A stretch of 64,000 nucleotides of DNA from an uncultured bacterium (lineage in GTDB: Bacteria > Zixibacteria > MSB-5A5 > CAIYYT01): NCBI GenBank assembly GCA_963726455.1, contig CAVSCK010000002.1, forward strand, positions 61,383 through 125,382. Direction: 5' to 3'. A model generated the notes under the pieces. That model made no database searches, was not told the origin of the DNA, and was given only the letters and a program-made list of their open reading frames with translations. Below are positions 1 through 7,341 of the stretch, piece after piece. A program made the translations under genes and the position numbers. Every line of letters starts with the position of its first letter. The first letter of the stretch is position 1.

Positions 1-348
1 CGGTGACGCTCTGGAAAGAGCAGGCGCGCGAATCAAAGCGCGAGTCAAGCCATTAACTTGCGGGACCAACCAGCCAGGAGGAAGTAACAACAATAGTTTT
101 CAGGAAGCGCAGAATTCTTCCGTGTAGCACGTGCACTCCAAAGAAAGTTCACTCGGACGGCGGTTCTGTACCTACTGGATCAATCCGATGGCCTTCGGCA
201 TTATGGTCCTTGCCGATCAGGGATGTCACTTCTCGACAATTTGGCTTGAAGAAGGGGACGATTCTTCTATCTTTGTAATCGGAAAGCAGAACTGACCTCG
301 AAGACAATTTAGTCATGGTTGTGATGCATAACACCCGTTCCGTTACAA

Positions 349-364
349 AGGCACTCTAATTGCA
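349..364 (+). promoter_or_regulatory. sigma54 (-24/-12) promoter of the activator gene
   Basis: AGGCAC-TCTAA-TTGCA; GG at 350-351 and GC at 362-363 with the canonical 10-nt spacing; lies 15 nt before ATG 379. Confidence 0.65.
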
Positions 365-378
365 GAATCGGCAAGACC

Positions 379-3300
379 ATGCTACCAGCGCGATTTGAAC
401 TAATCCGACAAATCTCTTCAGGTGGCCTCTATGACACGTTCCTTGCGCTCGATCGCGTGACTTCACGCCAAGTGCTGGTTAAGCGACCGGCTGAGATATC
501 CAATATCTCCATTGAAGAACGAAATGCACTTCTGAGAAAGTCATATTCGATTCTCAAGCTCCTGAAACATCGTGGCATTGTGATGCCGTGCGCACTCGTC
601 GAAGAAGGCGGCAGAAGCCACGTTGCCTATCCATATTATGATGAGCAACGATGGGTTTCCTTGTCGCCGGAGTTGTTCTTGGAGCACTATCGAACGCTGC
701 TGGTGCAGATGTGCACGATTCTTGATTTCGTGCACGCCATGGGCTTCGTACATAGCGATATCAAGAAGGCCAACTGGCTATGCCTCCGCCGTGAATCGGG
801 CCTCCGGGTCTTGTTGACGGATTTTGACTTTGCCGTTCGTAGCGGTTCGAAACCGAACCGGCGAATCTTCGGATCGCTGGGGTTCATGGCACCCGAAGTG
901 CTGCGGGATGAGATCGTTTTGCCGCAGTCCGATCATTTTTCTTTCGGTCGCATGTTGTTTGAACTCGTATCGCACGCTACGCCTAAAGAAGAATTGTCGC
1001 TGCCAAATATCCTGACGTCCGGACTGGAAGAACAACAAATCACCGGTGATCAAGTTCGGGCCGGTTTTGAGCCACTAGTGCCATTCATAAATAAACTGCT
1101 CAAGAAGCATTACGAGGATCGCCCCTCCAGTTTGGGAGTCCAGCTTCAGACCGAGCAATCCTTTCTCGGCGTACAGCTTTCGACTTATCAAAACCGTTTG
1201 ATTCAGGACGTTGTTGCTGCGCATTTGCGGCGCCGACGCCAGGAAGAGGAAGCGGCTGAGGAATCTCTTGAACGTTATCTACCTCGCGAAGCCGGAATCT
1301 TTGGCATTCCGAGCGAATTACTTCTCGACCTTTTCAACCTGGCTGAAATGAACTTCTTTGGAAAGGCCAGGATTTTCGCCGGCTGGCTGGCTGACTCGGC
1401 CGTCAATCGTCACGGTTCTTGCTGGCATGTGGAGATCACTGTTCGCCTGGTCGGAGACTTCTATCGCAGATTCAAAATTCTTGGCGAACCTACCGTTGAC
1501 CCGGCTAATGGTGTTGAGCAATGGAAGCGAATCCGCCGGGCGCTGCGCTTCAAGGTAAAGAATCAATTCCTCAAGGCCGCGGCGCTGCTGAGTCCGATCG
1601 TGCAAGCCGTCAGAATGTCGGATTCTGTTGCTAGTCGCAAGTTGCTCGCCCAGTTGCTACTGAAGATGGGTGAGTCTCTGCAATTCGCCAATATGCGAGC
1701 CGAGGGAAAGAAATGTTTTCGAGAGGCATGGGAACTTGGAGAGCTTTCAGATTTGCGCCGGATTCGATTGATGCTCGAAGAAGCCGATTTGGAGTCGTTC
1801 AGTCACGGCGGTATGTCATATCGGAAAGTGCTCATGCAGGCCTATGCGCTGGCACAAAGACGGGAACGTTCTGATTTGCGGGCCTGTGTCCTGATTCGGC
1901 AGATCTGGCTGGACCATACGGAAGGACGTCAATACGTGGCACTGCAAAGGGCCAAGACACTTGAGAGATTCTGCGCCAGACACAACCTTTATACCCGACG
2001 AGCATCCGCACTCTCCGGTATGGGCAGTATCTACTGGATATTGGGAAGATTGCAGGACGCCGTCGACGTCTTCCAAGAGGGTTTGCGCGCGAACCCGGAA
2101 CAAGTGAGCAGAGGAGTCAGGAATATTCTTGCCGCCAATCTTGGAGCGCTGCAGCACGATCTGGGCGATTATCGGAAGGTGGTAAACACGCTTCTCCCAT
2201 TCACACGGCAGAGTCTTTCAATCAACGAGGTGCAGTACAGGTCACAAGCTCTCGCCAACATTCAGGCAGCATACGCATTCCAAGGAAAGTACGACTTGGC
2301 TGAGGACATGTCGAATCAGGAGTTTTGGCTACCTTCCCAGCGGAGTGACTTGGGAGGTATCGGCCGGTATTACATTGGGCGAGGTTCAACGCTGTTGAGA
2401 GCGGGCAGATATCATGATGCGGAGTCTAATCTTCGGCAATCTGTGGAATTGTTGTCTTCACTGTCAAACACGGCGTTGCTGGGCCGCGCTGAGATGTACC
2501 TGGCGACGCTGCGCACCTGGCAGGGTCACTATGAAGTCGCCAGACAACATCTGTCTTCGGCGCGGACATTGATCAACTTGAACAGTGACAAGCTTCATTC
2601 GCTAGACCTGGATATTCTATCGCTGGCGATCGAATTCGACGAAGGTGTCTCCGACTCGATATCGGAAAGACTCAAAAGGTTGTATCAGGAATGTCTCGGC
2701 CTGCCTTATTATCTTGGCGCAGCATACTGCCTGTACTACTTAGTTTATGTTGGGCGTCCCTTCGATGCCGTGCGCCTTGCAGCAACAAGCGCCGAACTAA
2801 TGAAATACATGACCGGCTCGGGAGGAGTATTCGGAGCCGCCGTGGCGCAACATCTTCGCGCCTATACTGAATCCGAACCCTCCCAGGACGGCGTAGACAT
2901 CGGCGAACTCAAGAAGGCATTCGTAATGTACGAAAACGCGCATCTCTACTTCTATTCGATTACAGTAGCAAGACAAGTCGCCGAATACTATAAACGCCAC
3001 GGACATCCGAAACTTGCCGACAAGTTCATTGAAGAGGCCCTCTTCCACGCCGACCAACTCGACAACACACGCTTGAAATCCCAGCTTGAGGCGGCGCGGC
3101 TGGACATCCTGGGTGAAATTGGTGAGCCGATCCCGGAGCGCGACGTGTTGTACCGCATCAGCACTCTACTAGGCGGGCTCACGGATTACCGTCCTGCCGT
3201 CGAACAGTTGCTGCATTACGCAATCGATCTGACCGGAGCGGAACGCGGTGCGATTATACTTGCAGATGATGAGGGGCGCAATCTCAGAGTCGAATCGTCG

Positions 3301-4611
3301 TATGAATGCGATTCGCAGAGCGTCGCCGACATAGTTGCGATCAGTCGCAATGTGATCAGGTCGGTCTTCGACAAGGCCAAAGTGCTGTTCGTGGAAAATG
3401 CGCTTGACGATAAAGCCACCAAGTCATACAAGAGCGTGGTTATGCACAACATTCTTTCGATTGCCTGCGCTCCATTGGTGGTCGAAGGCAAAGTAATTGG
3501 CGCGTTATACCTGGATCATCACTCTCTTCCCGGACTCTTTACCAGTGATGACCGCGAAACCGTGGAAGCTATCGCAAATTTTATCGCGGTGGCCCTCTTG
3601 CAGGCGCGGCTGGTGCGTTCGTTGCGCAATCAGAATCTCGACCACCAGTATCTGTTGCGAAATCAGGGAATTGAGAACCAGTTTCTGACACGTTCCAGGA
3701 CAACGCTGGACATCATTGACAAGATACCGATGATCGCTTCATCAGAAGCATGTGTGCTGTTGTTGGGGGAAAGCGGGACCGGCAAGGAAATCCTGGCGAA
3801 AAGTATACACGACCAGAGTCCGCGAAAGGACGGTCCGTTTGTTCGCCTAAATTGTGCTTCTCTCGGCGGCGAGATGCTGGAAGCCAACTTATTTGGTGTG
3901 GAGAAGGGTGTGGCCACAGGAGTGGCAAGTCGCGAGGGCGTACTCCAGGCAGCCGACGGGGGCACGCTATTTCTGGACGAAATCGGTGATATGCCGCTGA
4001 CTACTCAGGCCAAGCTACTGCGAGTGCTGGAACTTAAGCAATTCGAGAAACTGGGAACCAACAAGACCATTGAAACAGATATTCGGTTAGTTGCCGCGAC
4101 CAACAAGGACTTGAACAAGCTCATCGATCAGAATCAATTTCGGGCTGACCTCATGTATAGAATCAATACGATTGAGATTAAGATTCCTCCTTTACGGGAG
4201 CGGCCAGACGATGTGAAGCTCTTGCTCGATCACTTCGCCGACGTCTTCGCCCGCGGGCGGAAAGTAACATTCACTTCAACGGCCACTGCTGCGCTGACCA
4301 GATATTCCTGGCCGGGTAATGTTCGCGAACTGCGGAATTTCGTCGAGAACGCCAGCGTCATGTCGAAATCCAGAGTTGTCGATATTGATGCGCTTCCGGA
4401 CGAAATTTCGAAAAACTACGTGAACACCATGAGTCTGGGCATACGCTCATTGACTGCTGAAGCTGAAAAGCAACTTATCGAGAAGGTGCTGGCCAAGAAC
4501 AACTGGAATCAGGCCGCGGCGGCCCGCGAACTGGGTCTTTCCTATGCGACTCTGCAGCGAAAAATAAAGAAATACGGAATTAAGCGACCCGACGACAACT
4601 CTTTCAATTAG
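379..4611 (+). CDS. Ser/Thr kinase-like + TPR/helical repeats + GAF + sigma54-activator AAA+ + Fis-type HTH (bacterial enhancer-binding protein)
   Basis: Kinase motifs VLVK, HSDIKKAN, DFD, GSLGFMAPE; TPR-like Ala/Leu helices; GAF (SIACAPL..GKVIGALYLD); Walker A GESGTGKE, Walker B TLFLDEIGD, WPGNVREL; C-terminal NQAAAARELGLSYATLQRKIKKYG. Confidence 0.92.
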   Translation: MLPARFELIRQISSGGLYDTFLALDRVTSRQVLVKRPAEISNISIEERNALLRKSYSILKLLKHRGIVMPCALVEEGGRSHVAYPYYDEQRWVSLSPELFLEHYRTLLVQMCTILDFVHAMGFVHSDIKKANWLCLRRESGLRVLLTDFDFAVRSGSKPNRRIFGSLGFMAPEVLRDEIVLPQSDHFSFGRMLFELVSHATPKEELSLPNILTSGLEEQQITGDQVRAGFEPLVPFINKLLKKHYEDRPSSLGVQLQTEQSFLGVQLSTYQNRLIQDVVAAHLRRRRQEEEAAEESLERYLPREAGIFGIPSELLLDLFNLAEMNFFGKARIFAGWLADSAVNRHGSCWHVEITVRLVGDFYRRFKILGEPTVDPANGVEQWKRIRRALRFKVKNQFLKAAALLSPIVQAVRMSDSVASRKLLAQLLLKMGESLQFANMRAEGKKCFREAWELGELSDLRRIRLMLEEADLESFSHGGMSYRKVLMQAYALAQRRERSDLRACVLIRQIWLDHTEGRQYVALQRAKTLERFCARHNLYTRRASALSGMGSIYWILGRLQDAVDVFQEGLRANPEQVSRGVRNILAANLGALQHDLGDYRKVVNTLLPFTRQSLSINEVQYRSQALANIQAAYAFQGKYDLAEDMSNQEFWLPSQRSDLGGIGRYYIGRGSTLLRAGRYHDAESNLRQSVELLSSLSNTALLGRAEMYLATLRTWQGHYEVARQHLSSARTLINLNSDKLHSLDLDILSLAIEFDEGVSDSISERLKRLYQECLGLPYYLGAAYCLYYLVYVGRPFDAVRLAATSAELMKYMTGSGGVFGAAVAQHLRAYTESEPSQDGVDIGELKKAFVMYENAHLYFYSITVARQVAEYYKRHGHPKLADKFIEEALFHADQLDNTRLKSQLEAARLDILGEIGEPIPERDVLYRISTLLGGLTDYRPAVEQLLHYAIDLTGAERGAIILADDEGRNLRVESSYECDSQSVADIVAISRNVIRSVFDKAKVLFVENALDDKATKSYKSVVMHNILSIACAPLVVEGKVIGALYLDHHSLPGLFTSDDRETVEAIANFIAVALLQARLVRSLRNQNLDHQYLLRNQGIENQFLTRSRTTLDIIDKIPMIASSEACVLLLGESGTGKEILAKSIHDQSPRKDGPFVRLNCASLGGEMLEANLFGVEKGVATGVASREGVLQAADGGTLFLDEIGDMPLTTQAKLLRVLELKQFEKLGTNKTIETDIRLVAATNKDLNKLIDQNQFRADLMYRINTIEIKIPPLRERPDDVKLLLDHFADVFARGRKVTFTSTATAALTRYSWPGNVRELRNFVENASVMSKSRVVDIDALPDEISKNYVNTMSLGIRSLTAEAEKQLIEKVLAKNNWNQAAAARELGLSYATLQRKIKKYGIKRPDDNSFN

Positions 4612-4629
4612 TCCTCACCACCTCCAAAA

Positions 4630-4651
4630 TTGTCACCGATTTCGGTGACAA
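4630..4651. promoter_or_regulatory. palindromic operator / upstream activator sequence 1
   Basis: TTGTCACCGA-TT-TCGGTGACAA, perfect 10-bp arms; core TCACCG-N4-CGGTGA. Confidence 0.6.
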
Positions 4652-4697
4652 CAAAACTCAATATTTGCGCCTGTTAGCACGTCCTCCGGTAACTGGG

Positions 4698-4713
4698 TCA
4701 CCGAAAACGGTGA
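4698..4713. promoter_or_regulatory. palindromic operator / upstream activator sequence 2
   Basis: TCACCG-AAAA-CGGTGA, the same core as at 4633-4648, 65 bp downstream. Confidence 0.6.
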
Positions 4714-4808
4714 ACTCTGCGCCGAACCGCCACTTGGCAGCTCATATCCCAAGACAATAAGCAGTTATACGACAAGGAGTTGCGAGATGTAGCTCTTCGG
4801 CAAGCATT

Positions 4809-4823
4809 GGGCACGCTTATTGA
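4809..4823 (+). promoter_or_regulatory. sigma54-type promoter (non-canonical -12 GA)
   Basis: GGGCACG-CTTA-TTGA versus consensus TGGCACG-N4-TTGC; correct spacing; downstream of the two palindromes and of IHF-like (CAA/TAA-N4-TTR) boxes at 4755-4782. Confidence 0.55.
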
Positions 4824-4876
4824 CATGCTCCTCCATGAAGGAAGTCTGAAAAGACCATCAACTCATAGGAGGAGTT

Positions 4877-5119
4877 ATGAAGAGAGCCAAATCCCTTACG
4901 GGCATCTTGCTGGCACTTCTGTTTTCCCTGCTGCTGGCAAGCTTCCTGGGACCGATGTCAGCCGTCGCGGTCGCTAACGACGGCGGCGGCGGCGGTTCTA
5001 TCCCGCCAACCATTATTCCGACCGATACAACTGATCCGGGTCACATCAGTGATCCCTCGGGAGACAGTACCGGGTGGGAGGCAAGTCTATTCTTGACACT
5101 CGTGGGGGTGCTGTTCTAA
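4877..5119 (+). CDS. small exported peptide (signal peptide, Gly/Pro/Thr/Asp-rich core, hydrophobic C-terminal tail)
   Basis: Strong RBS AGGAGGAG at 4867-4874; MKRAK + hydrophobic stretch + AVA cleavage motif; ends WEASLFLTLVGVLF. Confidence 0.75.
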   Translation: MKRAKSLTGILLALLFSLLLASFLGPMSAVAVANDGGGGGSIPPTIIPTDTTDPGHISDPSGDSTGWEASLFLTLVGVLF

Positions 5120-5143
5120 CCACGAATTCCAAACTGAAAGGAG

Positions 5144-5803
5144 ATGTGGATGGGACTGCACGGTCAGCCCCATCCGAGCCAAATGAGTAAACTAGATAAG
5201 CTGCTGCTGATTCTGAATCTGCTGTATCATCGCCCGCACGTGTCCCTGGAATCAATCCAGCGCGAATGTCAGATCAGCGAGCGAACAGCGTATCGTTATG
5301 TTCGCTCTCTTTCGAGTGCGAGATTCCCTGTCTACTTCGATGAGGAAGTCAAAGGTTACCGCCTGGTTGAGCGCGGCAGCCCTTTGTCGCACCTGACTGC
5401 CGATGAAGCAGCCATGGTGCTTTTCGGATTGGTAATGTTGGAGAAATCGCTCGGCCCGTCAAGACTCGATGCGGTAAGAAGGGCCCGGGCAAAACTGGAG
5501 ATGAAGCTAACTGCGAATATGCAGGAGGTGATTCTGGCCGGCAAGCCACTCCTCTACGATAGGCATACTCCCGAAGTGATAAAAGAGCATCTCGTCATGT
5601 CCCTGATCAAACTCGCTAATACCGAAGAGTGTGGTGTGAAGCTTCAGTATACGGGAGAGAATACACAAGGGAAGAACATCATATTCGACAAACCACGTCT
5701 GATTTTTGACAATGAGTGGATGATAGGACCCAAGCGGGATTCGCTGCCTGAGTCAAGGATTCCAATTCGTCTGGTACGCGATCTGAGTCTTCTCAATACC
5801 TAA
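5144..5803 (+). CDS. HTH_11 (YafY/PafB-like) transcriptional regulator with a degenerate WYL-like C-terminus; start may be 5150 or 5183
   Basis: MSKLDKLLLILNLL...ISERTAYRYVRSL...P+Y...GYRL and LTADEAAMV, typical of the N-terminus of WYL-family regulators. Confidence 0.75.
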   Translation: MWMGLHGQPHPSQMSKLDKLLLILNLLYHRPHVSLESIQRECQISERTAYRYVRSLSSARFPVYFDEEVKGYRLVERGSPLSHLTADEAAMVLFGLVMLEKSLGPSRLDAVRRARAKLEMKLTANMQEVILAGKPLLYDRHTPEVIKEHLVMSLIKLANTEECGVKLQYTGENTQGKNIIFDKPRLIFDNEWMIGPKRDSLPESRIPIRLVRDLSLLNT

Positions 5804-5933
5804 TGGTGTTGCTCTGAGACGTTGAGACTCTGATTCACAGACTGCTTGAAAGGATGTCCAAATCCGGCAAGAAAAAAAATCGCTACCCGCTGACAGGATT
5901 TGACAGTGGCTGAACTTACCTTGAGGAGGTCCG

Positions 5934-6190
5934 GGCAGGTTACTAGCCAGCCCGAAAAGGGGATTTAGGGGGGCAGAAGAATAACATAGCAGGGAAGAGA
6001 CCATCTCAGGAGAGGGGGGCAGGAAACTCCCGAGAACACCGAATCCCTTCCCCGCATTGCCAATTAACTAGTTGGTTGTCTTTCCAGCAACCAGAAAATC
6101 CCCTGCTTTAAGAAATCCTGCGTCCTCGGAGGGACGCCGGAGACGCCCGTCAACCCGGCAACTCGAATTCTGGCTTGAGTTAGACTTGCC
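5934..6190 (+). ncRNA. candidate structured non-coding RNA (multi-branched)
   Basis: Nested pairings GGCAGGT/ACTTGCC, AGCCAG/CTGGCT, AGCAGGG/CCCTGCT, TGGTTG/CAACCA, GCGTCC/GGACGC; G-U pairs favour the + strand; no convincing ORF. Confidence 0.4.
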
Positions 6191-6224
6191 TTATGGTACC
6201 TTGTGTCCAGTGGTTGACTTGGGA

Positions 6225-6776
6225 TTATTGGCTAGACTTGTCATCCCAGGCCACGATGCGATACAGATTGTCCTGTTTGTTCTTGCGAAATTTGAATTCG
6301 GCAACTCCCACGGCCTCATAGAATTCGCTGCCGTAGTCTCCGTTTAAGTCCTTGACTGACAAGTGGAAGTAGACACGCCAAACTTCCCAGATTTCGTCAG
6401 AATGCGTCTCTTGACGGTCGAAAATGGGCACCCAGGTGTCGAGAGTGATTTCGTCGAACAGCCGAAAGAGCTTCTCCGTGCGTGCCAGATCACCGGAGGG
6501 GCCGTCACGGGGAATCTCGACTTGCTCGATCTGGCCGGTTCGATCCTGATCGACATAGCGGAAGATGAACTGCTCGTCGAGGCAGTTTTCGTAAACGTCG
6601 ATATCGTGATGTTCATAAGAGTACTTGAAATTGTGAAGCACCGAATCGGGGGACGTTTGCTTGACGATCGGAACGATGCGAGACGGTCCGATCACTGCCG
6701 GAGCAAAAGGATTTTGGCAGGAGACAAAGATGACCGTCGCTGTAACCGCGATCGTTATGGCGCTAACGGTACGCAT
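6225..6776 (-). CDS. lipoprotein, NTF2/SnoaL-like fold likely
   Basis: Lipobox FVSC; NPF, P..VL.N...SY and CLD..F.FRY motifs shared with the upstream neighbour. Confidence 0.8.
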   Translation of the reverse strand: MRTVSAITIAVTATVIFVSCQNPFAPAVIGPSRIVPIVKQTSPDSVLHNFKYSYEHHDIDVYENCLDEQFIFRYVDQDRTGQIEQVEIPRDGPSGDLARTEKLFRLFDEITLDTWVPIFDRQETHSDEIWEVWRVYFHLSVKDLNGDYGSEFYEAVGVAEFKFRKNKQDNLYRIVAWDDKSSQ

Positions 6777-7341
6777 TCTTCAACTCCGCCCAGGATTGAG
6801 TGTCGAGATTGAGATGCAAGTCACTCCAGTTCAGAATCGCCCAAAAGTTGAAAGCCCCTTCTATCAGTTCAAAACGCGCCACGCCTTGATAGGTCTGAAG
6901 CGCTTTGCCGGCGGTATCAGATACTGTGATTGTATAGCCACGTACCAAAGTCGCGGACGTATCGAGGATGATGTCCGGCTGCCCCGACTGAGTCGTCAGC
7001 ACGACATTCAACTTACGCTCGCTCCGCGAAGCATTGAAGTCGGTGAACAATTTTTCCGCTAAACTGACTTCCTGTGAAAATCGCCAGCCGGAATCGCTTT
7101 GGGCGCCTTGAATAAAATCATATCGGAAAACAAAATCGCTGTCGAGACATTGAATGAAGTTGCTTATCACTAGTTCCCCGTAGCTAAGACGCAGATTCTC
7201 CAGAACGATTTGCGGAGTTGTAGGAGGTATGAATGTGCCCGCATGAGTGGTCGGCGCTTCGCTATCGCGGGTAGAAAAAGGATTCTTGGCGCATGAAGTA
7301 ATCGCCAAGGTTATGAGCAGGGTCAACATGAGCCGTCTCAC
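6763..7341 (-). CDS. lipoprotein, paralog of 6225-6776
   Basis: GTG start at 7341 overlapping the upstream TGA (GTGA) with a GAGG RBS; lipobox ITSC; same motifs as the neighbour. Confidence 0.8.
   Translation of the reverse strand: MRRLMLTLLITLAITSCAKNPFSTRDSEAPTTHAGTFIPPTTPQIVLENLRLSYGELVISNFIQCLDSDFVFRYDFIQGAQSDSGWRFSQEVSLAEKLFTDFNASRSERKLNVVLTTQSGQPDIILDTSATLVRGYTITVSDTAGKALQTYQGVARFELIEGAFNFWAILNWSDLHLNLDTQSWAELKNAYR

Noticed and set aside
149-334. 61-aa minus-strand ORF as a second peptide
   Set aside because: No RBS, signal peptide or recognisable motif; it lies in the activator's upstream regulatory region.
4734-4749. TTGGCAG as another sigma54 -24 box
   Set aside because: The -12 position reads CC with no TTGC.
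5923-6178. RNase P RNA (GAGGAGGTCCGGGC and GAATTCTGGCTT resemble its signatures)
   Set aside because: Both motifs deviate, they overlap the outermost helix instead of lying inside it, and the internal conserved regions are missing.
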